Notes: generated from the letters alone by a model not told the origin. DNA of 64,000 nucleotides from Azolla caroliniana (GCA_043228905.1 JBHGNT010000008.1:7936001-8000000), one strand, 5' to 3'. Shown: positions 1-14,383, counted from the first letter of the stretch. Translations and numbers: made by a program.

Positions 1-196
1 GTGGTGGAAAGATAATTTTAAAGTGGTAATCAAATTTTTCAATAGAAGTGGTTGCAAAAGAAGTATTGCATTATTTAAGGTCTCCATTTATTTACTCCAC
101 AAGAATAAAGTCGACTATCATCTATTTGTAATTGCTCATTCATGTATAATTATGTGTATGCAATTTCAACCCTTTGCAAGACATGTTAGCGGCTGA

Positions 197-3100
197 TTAC
201 ACGGCCTGAATCAAAGAGATCTGTGACTCACTTGCCTCTATCAATGTCACAGTAGAGGAAGACGAGATGGTACAGGTCTGTCTTGGGGGCCTGGCATCTA
301 AGTTCTGAGCTTTCCGGACAGCAATATGAACGAGGGAGAATACACCGTCATTTTTCGACTTACAATCAATGCTCCTTGTAGAGGAGAACCACGCCGGTGC
401 ATCAACAAGTGCACCCACCGACAACCGGATGCTGTACACGGAGGCGGATCGGCCCCATGGGTGTGGTGGACGAGGCGGGTCAACACACAATGGAGCTGGC
501 CGGCAAGGGCAAGACCGATGACACAGAGACCGTGCTAACAGCCGTTCCGAGACCTCCACAACCAGGGGGAGTCAAGGTGGCGTTGGAGGCCGGCAAGACA
601 AATCTGCCACGGAATGTTGGTACTGTAGCAAAAAGGGTCATAGAGAAAGCGAGTGCTGGAAGAAGCACGCTGATTCGGACAGATCTGGATCCCGCAAAAC
701 CGGTCGGGAGAACCGGCAAAACTCGCACTACGCCCAAGGATCGAAAGGATCCAGAACCGGGAAGACCGGTAAGGGGCCAGCCTTGGTGATGAAGCACTAG
801 GAAAATTCGATGAAGAAGACCACTTCCAAATCGGCGAAAGTGTGGCATGTTGATTCCGGTGTATCAAATCACATGACGAACCACAAAGAGTGGTTCTCCT
901 TCCTGGAGAAACCAGAACAACCGGGAGTTGTCGAAACTGGAGACGACACTCCTCACCCAATCGTGCATATCGGTGAAGTCCCTTTGAGCCACGTCGCCCA
1001 GAGGGGGAAGCTGATGAACGTATTAGACATTTCGACTATCACAAAGAACTTGGTGTCGGTCGGACAGATCGTCGACCAGGGAATGCAAGTGCAGTTTACG
1101 CACCTCGGGTGCTTCATCAAGGAGGAGGGCTAGATTATTGCGCAAGGGCGCAGAGACGGGAGGATGTTCATCCTCAACACCAATGACGCCGGCACCGCTT
1201 TGTTCGCCAAAGGACAGAAGATTGAATCGTACATCGATATCTAGCACAAGCGGATCGGCCACGTCAATTACCAGAGGCTTCAAGACCTGCAAACAAAACA
1301 AATTGTTTTCGGTTTGCCGAAGTTCAGTGGCTGGAAGGCCCAAGTATGTGAAGCCTGCCAACTCTGGAAGCAACACTGGCTTCCATTCCCCACCGAATGA
1401 AACCGCAGCTGTAACAAGGTCGACCTTATTCATTCGGATGTATGGGAACTGGCACAGAACGTGAGTCTTGGCGGGAGTCGATACTTCGTCTCCTTCATCG
1501 ACAACTATAGCTGGCACACATGGATCTACCTCATTGAGCGGAAGAGAGAAGTCTTCGACTATTTCTGGAACCTCCAAAGCATGGTGGAACGGGAATCAGA
1601 GAGGAAGATCAAGTGCTTGCAGTCAGATGGCAGAAAAGAATATTTTTCCGGCCAATTCAACAGTTATCTACAACAAACAGGAATTCGGAGAGAGTTCAGC
1701 TCCAGATACACACTGGAGCAAAACGGTGTGGCCGAAAGGAAGAACTGGTTGCTTGTCAATGCGTCAAGGGCAATGCTGGAAGAGAAGAGCATGCCCCATT
1801 TCTACTAGGCGGAGGCGGTCTGGACGACCGTCAACATCCAAAACCGGATTGGTGACAAGGTGTCCGCGCATGAGTTGTATTTCAGGCGCAAGCTGAATTT
1901 GACACACCTTTGGATTTTTGGCAACATAGCATATGTGTATGTGCCAGATGAGAAGCGGAGGAAGCTGGATGCCAAATCAGAGAAGTGCATCCTCGTTGGC
2001 TACTCACATGAGCAAAAGGGGTATAAGTGTTATAACCCCCGGATGAAGCAGGTCCGAGTTAGCCGTGATGTTGAGTTTGATGAGACGGCATCATGGTATG
2101 CCTTACCAGCTCCGACTTCCGACCCCGACATGATATTGGAGGATGAGGCTAGTGAGCCTGAACCGGTCCAGATAGAAGATGATGAATCCGGGACTCAAGA
2201 AGAGAGTCCGGAATCCTTTCAGTTGAGTGGGCCAAATGAGAGACTAGGTCAATCCAACCAGTCAAAAGAGGAACTGGCGAGTAGTGAAGACTCTGTTGTG
2301 CTCTCCCCGTGCAAGGAACCGAGGAGACGGTTCACGCACAAAGAGAAGGGGAAGAAGAAGATGCCGGATTATGAAACCGGTAATGATGAGTCGGATTAGA
2401 GCGGATCCGACTCCAGGAAAGAAAATGAAGGCTCTTCGGCATCGAAGACCGAACCGGCCAAGAAGGGCATCAAACCGGGTAATGGTGGGTTACGCCAGTC
2501 AACCCGCCAGAAGGAACCTGTTAAGCGGTATGGGTACAATGAGTACATGACGCATCACTATGCGTACATGACCCAGGTGGCGGAAGTGCGTGAGCCGGTG
2601 AGCTACGCAGAAGCGTCAAGGGATGAAAATTGGTGTGCCGTTATGGAGGAAGAGATGCGGGCACTTGATGCCAACCATACATGGGACCTGGTTGACCCTC
2701 CTCGTCACAGTAAACCGATCGGATGCAAGTGGGTGTACAAGGTAAAGTACAACGCCGACGGTTCAGTTAACTAGTACAAGGCCCGGTTAGTGACAAAGGG
2801 ATAGGCACAGACCCACGGAATCGACTACGACGAGACCTTTGCTCCGGTAGCAAAGATGACGACAGTTCGTGTGGTGCTGGCAGTTGCTGCGGCAAGGGAG
2901 TGGCATCTTCACCAGATGGATGTGAAGAATGCATTTCTTCAAGGCAATCTAGAAGAAGAGGTCTTTATGACCCAACCTCCATGTTTTCAGTCGGAGATGA
3001 ACAAGTCGGCTGTATGCCGGCTAAAGAAGTCACTTTATGGCCTGAAGCAAGCCCCCTGAGCTTGGAATGCAAAGATTACGCACCGGTTGCGTAAGTTGGG

Positions 3101-5121
3101 GTTTGCGGCCTCCAAGTCTGACTCTTCGTTATTCATCTGGCAAGGTCCGGACGGTCCGATTTGCATCTTGTTGTATGTTGATGATGTAGTCATCATCGGA
3201 CCCGGACTCGATGAAATCAGCCGAGTCAAGTCCCAACTGTTGGACGCATTTGAGATGAAGGACCTGGGAGACCTTCACTATTTCCTTGGGATCGAGGTGA
3301 TACGAACCCCCGACGGCATATTGTGACACTATGTGTTGAATATATTGTACAAGTTTAGCATGACGGAATGCCGCCCTATTTCTACACCCTTAGACCGGAA
3401 ACAGAAGCTCTGTCCCAACTCCGGACCGCCCTTGCAATGAGAAACGGTTCCGACAAATTGTCGGAAGCCTTATATATTTGACCATCACCCGACTTGACAT
3501 CAGCTATCTGGTCGGTGTGATTAGTCAATTCATGTAGAAGTCGACCGTTGAGCATCTTCAATGTGCACACCGAATACTGCGGTATGTGAGCGGCACGAAG
3601 GACCGGGGACTGTTATACCGGCGAGGTATGACCAAAGAGCTAGTCGGCTACACGGATGCCGACTGGGCCGATGATGCATCAAATCGTTGTTCCACTTCCG
3701 GCTATATGTTTTCCCTTGGTAGCGCAGCTGTTGCGTGGAGCAGCAAAAAGCAGCCAACAGTGGCTCTGTTGAGCATTGAGGCCAAATACCGGGGCGCTAT
3801 CGTTGCCACCTGTGAAGCCATTTGGCTTCAGCGACTGCTGCAAGACCTGTGGATCGAGGTGCCGACCCCGATCCTGATCTACTCCGACAACATAAGCAGC
3901 ATGCAGCTCGCCAAGAACCCCGTATTCCATGCTCGCACAAAGCACATCGAAGTGCACTACCACTTCGTGCGTGACCGTGTCCTGAGCGGTGAAGTCGAAC
4001 TTCAGTATGTTCATACGGATCGACAAGTTGCCGACATCTTCACCAAACCGCTCGGATCGGACAAGTTGCAGCACTTCACCGAAATGCTTGGTGTTCAGCA
4101 TCTCGACGTGCCACACTTGAGGGGAGAATGGGCAAAGACACCACTGGAACGGGCAAAGGCAAAGAGACTGTTGATTGCGTCGGTGGGGGAAGAACCAACA
4201 AGGGGAGAGAAAGCAAGAAGAAAGGAGCCGAGTTGACAAAGGAAGTTGACACATCCGAACAAGTTAGAACAAGCGGCAACGGAGGTAGAGTCAAGAAGGA
4301 CAGAGTCGATCGGAAGAAGAAGGCCCAGACCCGGAGATGATCCGATGTGGTGAAGGGCCTGGAACCAGAAGACGAATCGGGAGCAACCGATTCGGACAAG
4401 AGCTGGAATGAATTGGAGACAGCCGATTCCGTTCTACAGAAGGATTCGGAAGAACCAGATCAATTCAAGGCCAAGAGGACAAGAAGGTAGCAAAAGTCGA
4501 CACCAACACGAAGGGATTGGCGAATCGGCAAAATCCAAAGTCACAACAACGAGGGACCTGAATTGGGCATGTTGAGCAGACAGGCCGACCAAGGAAGTCG
4601 AGGTGCACAAGAATAAAAGGGTCGCGGCAAACGGGACCGGACCGAACAAGGAGCTCGAGTGAGGCGGAGTGACACCAGAAGGAGCCAGGTGGAAGGACCG
4701 GCTGCCATAGAGACTGACAGTACGATCCGACCTCAAATTGAGCTTGAGGGGGAGTGTTGAGCGGCAAGCTCAACCGGACCCGGATCGGCATCCAGAAGGG
4801 TGAGCCGGTGAGCTGGTTAGCTAGATCAAGCAGTAATCGGAAGCCAAGTAGCAGCTAGTCTACTAGGGAGTTAATATCTCGTAGTTAGTGTCAGACGCTC
4901 GTGTGAGCATTAAAGTACACCGTACTTCTGTCAGTCCGGATGGACTTGTATAAAAGTGTTCACTAAACACATACGATGTACAAACTGAGTAGTATTTTTT
5001 GAATTGAGTTTCTGTGTGCTCTCTCTCTGTCTCTGTCTCTCCCGCATACTGTTAAGCTCTCCATTAAACTTGTTTTTTGCTTTCTGTTTTCTATTGCTTC
5101 CGCACGCTATTTGTTTCTACA
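197..5121 (+). mobile_element. 5'-truncated, degenerate Ty1/copia LTR retrotransposon (gag remnant, protease, integrase, RT, RNase H, 3' LTR)
   Basis: Motifs in copia order: CWYCSKKGH zinc knuckle, [67 protein letters not shown]. Many stops and frameshifts. PPT GAGGGGGAG ends at 4754. Confidence 0.93.
4755..5121 (+). repeat. 3' LTR of the copia element
   Basis: TGTTGAG...TTTCTACA directly after the PPT, TATAAAA near 4950. Its 3' part resembles the reverse complement of the LTRs at 14384 and 31877. Confidence 0.88.
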
Positions 5122-6000
5122 ATTCTTTTGAGCGTATGCGGTGGTTATTGTTGGTCCCGGCGTGGTTCTTGGTGCCAGTCATCGCCCGAACTTTCATCGT
5201 ACCACTGTTGGTCGCAATACTGACGATGTTTCCCGCGAGGCCCATTGAAGCCGCCCCGTTTGTTCGTCAGGTGGTAATTCTCGTAGCATCGGCCCCCTTT
5301 ATTATATCTATGGTTGCCTCAATAGTCTTCATCCTCCGGCTCTTCTTCTTTGGAATCATTGTTATTCCGGCGATTCCGGTAGTACCGGTCATCGCGTGGG
5401 TTCCGATCCGTATACCGGGGTTGTTCTTCTTGGCACCTTTGCTCATTACGGCGAAGGGGGCATTGTGTTTCCATGCTTCATACTTTGGGTGTGGATCTGT
5501 TCAACATATTGTACTCACACTGCTCGACCGTGTGAGCTTTCGAGTGATAGACTGGGAAGTGGATTCGCAAATTGCATTCCACTGCGGAATGCCCAGAATT
5601 GAAGCAAATCGTGCACTGTATTGCATGGCGAAAATGTCATTCATCGTCCTAAGGTAACGCTTGCCGTAATGAGGACATGGAAAACCTTTCCTCTTCTTGG
5701 TCCAGCTTGAGTTGTAGTGCTCGTTCTATGACCATATCATCCGTTTCTCCTTTCACGCTATTGTTGTTGAGCGTCGTCCGTATCGGTCGTCGTAAAGCTG
5801 CTAGAAATGTCTCCTGAGCCTTGTCCTCCATCGGGCCCCGTTCTAATTTCCGCCGTAGATTTTGTAAGCGTAAATTGAAATCCGCTACAGTCTCGGCCGG
5901 CAACTGTTTAATTGTATAAAACTACCCGAGGATCTTGCGTTGTAGCACCCTCCTATGAAAGAAACGCAGAAAAGCCGAATGCAGCTGGTCGAAGGTCGTC
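5122..6000 (-). pseudogene. Ty3/gypsy gag fragment, same family as the element at 10726-34100
   Basis: PAETVADFNLRLQNLRRKL... and the Cys/His knuckle region match the reverse complement of about 11665-12545. Confidence 0.88.
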
Positions 6001-8255
6001 TTTACTGGACCACACACATCACTATGAACAACTTGTAATTTTCTTGTAGTGTGTGTATGACGATCTGTTGGAAAAGAAGCACGATGCATTTTTCCAAGAA
6101 TGCAACCTTCACATGCATGTTTTTCAATGGACTCAAGTGTAGGCAACCCAATAACCATATTCTTCTTTTGTAAGTGAAGCAAACTATTGAAGTTCAAGTG
6201 ACCAAAACGAGCATGCCAAAGCTCCATTTCAGCCATGGAAGAAGTATGGACAGCCAAGGCATTTAGAGAGGCCCTCTTGTATGTATCCAAATGGTACAAG
6301 CCATTGCATAATGTACCGGACATCACGATAACATCGCCATTGCTATAATCATGAACCATGCACTTATCATCAACAAAATATACATGAAGTCCGGCTTTGG
6401 CAATCAAAGGAACCGAAATTAAGTTCTTCTTGATACAGGGCACATACAATACATTCTTTAAGATGACAACACCTCCATTTGCAACCAAAAGTTCAATTTC
6501 TCCTACTCCAATGATAGGATAAGAGGAATTGTTTGCACACACCACATGTCCACCTTTGGGTGCATCTTTCAAGGATGCAAAGAAACTTTTGCATGAAGTA
6601 ATGTGCTTTGAAGCACCACTATCAAAGAACCAATCCGAATCAATCTCACTTACAACCATACATTTAGAGTGAAATGATGCATCATAATGATATGTAACAA
6701 CACATGCCCAATAACCTTGGGCCATGTTGGCCTCATCACTCTTTGCACTTGAAACATTTTCAGAAATGGTCATGCCGGATTCCTTCTTCTTCTCATTGCG
6801 CTTAACAAGCTTTCTACACTCTTCAATCGTATGGCCAACCTTTCGACAATATTTGTATCTCTTCTTCTTTTGCAAATCACCATCATTAGAGGAATAAGTG
6901 AAAGAGGGAGGTTGAGGCTTTGGTTTTGAAGAACCAAAAGCTGAACCATGCTTGCTTTTTCCTTTTTGTGAGATAGCAAGTGCTTGTGTTCCCTCTATCA
7001 AACCACTTCTATTCACTCTAGATTGTTCTTCTTGCAAAAGAAGAGACACAACCTCATCAAATGCATACATATCGGTATTCCCATTTGCAACCAAACAAAT
7101 AGTAGTAGCAAAGTTTTGAAAAGATTCGGGTAATCCTTTCAACAACGTAGAGACAAGTGATGTATTCTAAATGATTTCATCAATGTTTGCCAATTGCTCT
7201 TTCAAATCTTTGATGCGTGTCACATACACATCTACCAACTCATTTTCAGCCATATATACATCCTCAAGTTGCTTTCTCAAATATGCAACACGTCCTTCGT
7301 TATGCACGGCATACAACGAAGCAAAATTGTCCCATGCTTGTTTGGACGTAGAGCATGACCGAATATGTGGAACTATATGACGCTTCACAGAAAGTGCAAT
7401 CAATGCATGAGCTTGAGCATCTTTTCCATCCCATCTAAGTTGCTCTTGTGTGGGTGTCATAGATGAAGTCACTGTGCTCGAAGATGAACCTGTATTTGTG
7501 ACAGTAGACTGTGAAGTAGTAGGATCGGCGGGGCGCCGATCTACATCTACCACTATGTTCCATAGTAGTTTGGCAACAAGAACATATTTCATCATGTAGG
7601 ACCACATTGGATAGTTAGTCCCATCAAGCTTATCTTCAGCTTGAAGCATACCAAACAAGTCAGCATTGTTTACCATTTTACCAAAGAACAAGAAAGTGGC
7701 AAAATCTGAAATGACTGCTGAAAATGTAGCTCACAAACTATCACGCGGATGACGATTTTCACTACACAAACGGCTTTGAAATGGGGGTAAAACAGTAGTG
7801 TACCTGCTGAAAATAAGCTCCAACTGATGAAATACACTTCTCCATATTCGGAAGTTGATTTGCACAGTAAAAAGTGCGTGCGCGCCACGATACCGCGACG
7901 TGGACAACCGAAGATGGAGAGGATGAAGAACTTGGCTCTAATACCATTGTTGGGTATGTGAGGAAGAGTGAGAAACACACAAGAGGCACACACAAGAAGC
8001 TCAAACAAAGAAGCACTCACACAAGGAAGACAATGGCTGGAATAGCTCTCTCTATTGATGAATGATACAAAAACTAATAGGAGCTGAAATATATATCCCT
8101 AAGTACTAAGTACCACCACATATGAGTGATTCATGTATGTGGTAACATGGGGAAAAAACCTCTAGCCAGCACTAGAGTAAAAAGTGCCCATGTATAGGGA
8201 AAAATGGTTCACATCAAAGCTACTCGAGGAACACGTAAGTGTAATAGCTTCAACA
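6001..8255 (-). mobile_element. 3'-truncated Ty1/copia element (5' LTR 7948-8255, tRNA-iMet PBS, gag-protease-start of integrase)
   Basis: LTR bounded by TGTTG...CAACA. PBS TGGTATTAGAGCC on - at 7934-7946. KLDGTNYPMW gag, WFFDSGASKH protease, WHARFGHLN..CEGCILGK, HSDVCGP. One internal stop at about 7167. Confidence 0.9.
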
Positions 8256-10725
8256 ACGATGGGTGCTTCATTGAAAAAGGCGATCAAATTGTAGCTCACG
8301 GTAGACAAGAAGGCTGTATGTTTATCCTCGAGTCGAGCGAAGTAAAGTCGAATATGTATGCTAAGGGCCTGAAAGTCGAAACCGACTTAAAATTGTGGCA
8401 CAAGAGAATCGACCACATCAATCTCCAGAAGCTTTTGAACATGCAAACAAAAGGAGTCATGATCGGACTCCCGAACTTTACGGCAAAGGAGATCACGGGC
8501 GTGTGCGAAGCATGCCAATTCAGAAAGCAACGCCATCATCCATTCCCAAAAGAGCAGAATGTAAGCAAAGGGATACTAGATGTCATACATTCAGATGTGT
8601 GGGGACCAAACAACTACTTTCGGCGGATGCCATTATTATGTCACATTCATCGACGACTTCTCCAGGAACACCTGGATCTACCCGATCAGACAGAAGAGTG
8701 AAGTGTTCAGACACTTCCGAAAGCTCAAATCCGAATTAGAAAAAGCTACGGGCCGGCATGTACACTGCCTTCAATCAGATGGAGGCAAAGAATATTTTTC
8801 GGATGAGTTCTCAGTGTATCTCCGCAAGGAAGGAATCCAACGAGAGTTCTCGTGTCGACATACACCTCAACAAAACGGCGTAGCTGAGCGTAAAAACCGC
8901 CACATAGTAGAAGTCGCACGAGCCATGATGTATGAGAAGAACTTGCCGAAATTGTATTGGGCAGAAGCGGTGAACACGGCCGTATACCTCATGAATAGGT
9001 GCACAACCTCAGGAGTACATGACATAACTCCGCATGAGAAGTTTTTCGGGAAGAAGCCGAACTTATCGCATGTCCGCATTTTCGGCTCTATCTCCTACGT
9101 ACATATTCTCGACGATACGCGACAAAAGCTCGATCCGAAGTCGGAGAAATGTATCCTCATAGGATACACACTCGAACAGAAGGGGTACAAGTGCTACATC
9201 CCATCTAACCAAAAAGTTCGCATCAGTTGAGACGTAGTCCTCGACGAGTCCGCATCCTGGTACACACCAGAGAATACCTCGACTCCGCTCAACGTGGATG
9301 ACACCGATATAAGAATAAAAGCCGAAGATTGTCTCACGCATATACACGAAGAAAGTTCAATTTCTACATGGGCAAGCAGATCACAAGAGCCCCCAAGTGA
9401 TCAAAGCACATCTCGACCAAGTCCACTGCTAGACAAAGGCAAGGCGAAAATGCAGGAGTATGAAGATCATTTCAACCTCGACAGTGAGTTTGAAGGCCTT
9501 GACATCCACACGGAGGGCGTGAAGAAACCCCTAGAATCCGCAAATTACAAGCCACGCCGATCTACGCGTGAGAAGAACCCCGTAAACAGCTATGGACATG
9601 GCGTGTCATTACGCATTCATGATGAAGGTAACGTCAATACGGGAACCGGAAACGCTTTCTAAAGCCGCAAAGGATCCGCAATGGGTGAACGCGATGAATG
9701 AGGAGATGGAAGCGTTATGCAAAAACGAGACATGGGATCTCGTTCCTCACCCCTCGAACAAGAAACCAATTGGTTGCAGGTGGATTTACAAGGTGAAGCA
9801 CTATGCCGATGGTTCTGTAAATTGCTTCAAAGCACGACTCATTGCAAAAGGCTACGCACAGACACACGACGTAGACTACAAAGAAACCTTTGCCCCGGTG
9901 GCAAAGATGACGACAGTACGGACCGTAATCGCGCTAACAGCAGCAAAAGGGGTGCACCTCCATCAGATGGATGTGAAAAACACTTTCCTCTAAGGAGAGC
10001 TACAAGAAGAGGTGTATATGACACAACCACCCGGATTCGAATCGCGTAATCATCTGCACGCCGTATGCCGACTCAAGAAGCCACTCTACAGCCTCAAACA
10101 AGCACCGCAAGCTTGGCACTCGAAGATCACGCAATATCTTCACCAAGTCGGATTTCAGATTTCAAAATCTGATACATCTCTGTGCATCCGAAATGAGTTA
10201 GATAGCCCTATAGTCATCATTCTATACATGGATGACTTGGTTATCGGAGGAAAGGATCTCGCCGAGATGAACAAAGTTAAATCACTTCTTTCTGGCAGAT
10301 TCGAAATGAAGGACCTGCACGAACTTCATTACTTTTTAGGTATTGAAGTAATTCGGACACCAATCGGGATAATGATCTCACAACGGCACTACATTCTCAA
10401 CTTACTCTACAAGTTTGGAATGACAGAGTGCAAACCTGTGACTACCCCTCTTGAACGTAATCTCAAGATCGATGCCAGTTCCGGCACGACCACGAGCGAG
10501 TCGATTCAGTATCATCAACTGATCCGCAGTCTAATCTACCTAAACATTATGTGACCCGACCTCAGTTATTCGGTCGGCCTACTTAGCCAATTCAGGCAGA
10601 ATCCAAGAAACCTTCACCTCGATTGCGCTAAGAGGAGACTACGGTATGTCAACACAACAGTGGATTATGGCATCTTGTATAAGTTGAATATGACCATTCG
10701 ACTTGAAGGGTACATAGACGCGGAC
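8256..10725 (+). pseudogene. Degenerate Ty1/copia pol fragment (integrase, RT, start of RNase H)
   Basis: LWHKRIDH, HSDVWG, FIDDFSR, QQNGVAERKN, HQMDVKNTFL, LYMDD, ending at GYIDAD. Cut on both sides by LTRs of other elements. Confidence 0.92.
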
Positions 10726-10995
10726 TGTTGTCCGCCAGAATAGTAACCGACGGACAAGAGCGCAGAAATATAGAATATAGTAAAATTGTAACGCATGTAA
10801 ACAGTTCATGTTGGAAGTGTGAACGACTAAAAGACCCAGTCATGTGTAAATAAAGGGTAGAAATTTTGAATGTAAAAGGCGTATCTTAATAGAGTTCTAT
10901 CTTCTCTGATCCCTGTGTGTATTTGTGGTTAATCTAGTGTGTGTCTGTGATTCTTGGTGGCGTAGCGCAGTTGTAAGAGCGTAGGCGTGAGTAAC
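10726..10995 (+). repeat. Putative 5' LTR of the gypsy element (3' boundary uncertain: 10995, 11113 or 11175)
   Basis: Begins TGTTG exactly where the copia RNase H is interrupted. Loose similarity to the reverse complement of LTR 49008-49404. No second copy in the window to fix the end. Confidence 0.5.
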
Positions 10996-13900
10996 AATGT
11001 GGTTGCTAGTCCACTGTCTAAGGAGTTCGGTTGTTGCCGTCTCCCTTATATGCTACTAGGATACGGGAGGTCTCCCACTAAGTATTACGCTACGACAATA
11101 CCATTCGTTGCAACACAGTCACTCTAAAGTCTAGGTCGAAGGACTGACTGTAGACCGTGTTCCTAAGCGGTAACACTTTTGGCATGCTTGGTGATCTGTG
11201 TCTCCTCACAGACGAACAACGATGAATGGATGCTTAGCCGCAGACGACCCAGAGAACCGACACGACAAGACCGACCAACCACACGGTCCATCACACGCCA
11301 AGCAGAGGAGCGCGCACGACAGAAACCCTGCCTCAGCGACCTCAGTGATACTTGTCGGGACCACAAAGATGATTTCTCACTCCCCAAATACCTCGGCGAC
11401 ATGCAGGAAGCATGCTCACCACATAAGCACTGTGGTCTTTCCCTGCCCGCCCTAGCATCCAACATGGCCTTTTCTTATCCCCGCTTCAACGGCGAAACCG
11501 ACGCTGCAATCCACATTCGATTGTTCCTAAATGTCTGGAATGCAAACCACATGGTGCAGAGCCTTTCCAAAGGAGTAGTGCACCAATCCAAAATGACGGA
11601 GTTCGGATTAACCTTAGATGGGAGAGATGCGTTTTTGCATTCGCAGATGGATCTGCCAGCAATCACGACCTTCGACCAGCTGCAGTCAGCCTTTCTGTGT
11701 TTTTTTCATTGAAGGGTGCCGCAACGCGAAATCCTCAGGCAGTTTTACACAATTAAACAGTTGCCCGCCGAGACGGTAGCGGATTTCAGTTTACGCTTTC
11801 AAAATCTACGGCGGAAATTAGAACAGGGCCCGACGGAGGGCGAGGCTTGGGAGACATTTCTGGCAGCATTACGAAGACCGATACGAACAATGCTCAACAA
11901 CAATAGCGTGAAAGGGGAAACGACCGATATGGTCATAGAACGAATGGTACAACTCGAGCTGGATGAAGAAGAGGAAAGGTTTTCCATGTCCTCATTACTA
12001 CAAGCATTACCTCAAGACGAGGAACGACATTTTCGCTAGGCGATCCAGTGCACGATTTGCTTAAATTCAGGGCATTCCATAGTTGAATGCAACATGCGAA
12101 TCCACTGCCCAATCTGTCACTCGAAAGCTCACACAGTTGCGCAGTGCTAGTACAATATGTTGAACAAATCCATGCCCACAGTACGCAACGTGGAAACAGA
12201 GCATCCCCCTCGCCGTAATGAGCAACGACGGCAAGAAGAACAACCCAAGTATATGGATCGGAACCCACGCGATTACCGGCACTACCGGAATCGCTGGAAT
12301 CACAACGATTCCGAGGAAGACTAGCCGGAGGATGAAGACTACCGTGGCATCCACAAAAATACTAAAGGGAGCCGACGCTATGAGAATTACCGTCGTCATC
12401 TGACGAACAAACGTAGCGGCTTCAATGGGCCTCGTGGAAAACATCGTCAATATCGGGACCAACAGCAATACGACGAAAGTTCGGACAATGACCGGCACCA
12501 GGAATCGCGTCGGGACCAATAGCAACCACCGCATACACTCTGATGAACGAACCAGGACCAGGAGGAGCAAGTCACACCTGGGGATCGGCACACACCACCT
12601 GTTGCCAAGAAGGGCGAATCTAGCGTCCATTTTTTTGTTTGCCAACAACCCGGATATTATGCCACGCAATGCCCAGTACGCAAAGGCAAGGGGCCCACCA
12701 TCAATACAATTACGGCGGAAGTACAACAAGTCACGACACGGCAGCAAACCAAAAATGTTGATTGGGTCGCGCAAGATGAGATACGTCAGACAGCCCAGGC
12801 ATGGGTTGAAAAAACAAACGCGGCAAATACGGAACGCATGTGGAAGAAGTCCGCAGACACGGTGGAGCCATGGAAGGAAGATGGAATATCTCCGGATCCC
12901 ATATGGCAAGCACTAACATACTGTGAGATAACGCTAACCATGGAGAAGCTACTGCAACTAGTCCCACGATTCCGCTAGGCCGTAGAGGATTGGATAGACC
13001 TGGGGTAAGTGTCGGTGTGAATTTTACGGACATCAGCACCGGACCAACAGTGGTGGATCACCACAATCCAGCTATTAAGTAGATACTACACAGTCAGGAA
13101 ATCCCAGGATGCGTAATCGACGGTGGCTCGGGCATTAATGTAATTAGCGCAAAGACATGCGAACAATTGGGAATTTCATAATGGGAAGCTTGCCTGTTTT
13201 GGCTTCGCATGGCGGATACCCGCTTAGTATGACCATTGGGTTTGATACCCAAGATAGGCATTATCGTGGGAGGACATCGCTTCGACATCTCGGTGGTAGT
13301 CCTCGCCCTTGACGCCCCAGGAGCGTATCCTGTGCAGTTGGGTAGATCATGGCTTCGTTCAGTGAATATCAAGCAGAGCTGGCAACATAAGTGTATCAGC
13401 TTTCGACGCGGATGCACCAAGGTTCGCGTACCAACAGAGGAAATGGCGGCACAACCCAAGGGCATAACACCATTATACGCGGAGGATATAAATATGTTGG
13501 CTGGGGTGGATGATACAGAATTAGAGGTATACCTAGACGAGCACCCCCGGATCATTCCGCTATTCGAAATTGACGTCATTGAAACTACGACGGAGTATGC
13601 CACGCCCGCTATGCTCCACGACAAGGCTTACGAACCAAAACCAGAGTCAATATTAGAACTAAGCAGAGCACATGCAGCGTTCGAGAGGGAAATGGAAATT
13701 TCACGGCAAGTCACTGCCTCAGCCCTAGAAGAAGTAAACGTGGGTACGACGTCAGAACCTTGATTCCTCTCCATCGCAAAAGAATTACTGTCGGATTAGT
13801 GAGACGCGATGATAGCAGTACTCCGGAAGTATAAAGATGTGTTCGCCTGGTCCCACGAGGACATGAAGGGGTTAGATCCAAAGTTCTATCAACATAAGAT

Positions 13901-14383
13901 CAATTTAGCGACCGACGCGAAACCGGTCCAGCAACGTTGATACCGTATGAACCCAAACTACGCGGCCCGCGTAAAAGAAGAAATTGACAAACTACTCAAG
14001 GCCGGATTCATACGACCAGTCAAACAAGATACCTGGTTAAGCCCGATAGTAGTCGTACCAAAGAAAAATGGCAAAATGTGTGTATGCGTGGACTACCGGA
14101 AATTGAACATCGTAACCATTACTGACGCATTCCCTTTACCGTTCACCGATAGCGTACTGGACGCCATTGCAGGGCATGACATGTACAACTTTTTAGATGG
14201 CTTCAGTGGGTACAACCAAATACGCATGCACCCCGACGACCAAGAGAAGACGGCGTTTGTCACGGACTGGGGAGTCTATGTCGCAGTCATCATGATGTTC
14301 GGGCTAAAGATGGCGCCGACTACATTTCAACGGACAATCACAGAGATTTTTGGGGAATACATTCCGGCCTTCATGCAAGTTTT

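Noticed and set aside
1-196. AT-rich leading segment
   Set aside because: Too short, with no motif or partner repeat in the window, so it cannot be assigned.
5004-5657. Hydrophobic 217-aa ORF resembling a membrane or env protein (also 12067-12909)
   Set aside because: It is the antisense of the R/N/D-rich gypsy gag tail and crosses an LTR boundary.
11176-11195. TGGCATGCTTGGTG as the PBS of the gypsy at 10726
   Set aside because: The tRNA match is poor and there is a competing candidate near 10999. It cannot be resolved without a second LTR.
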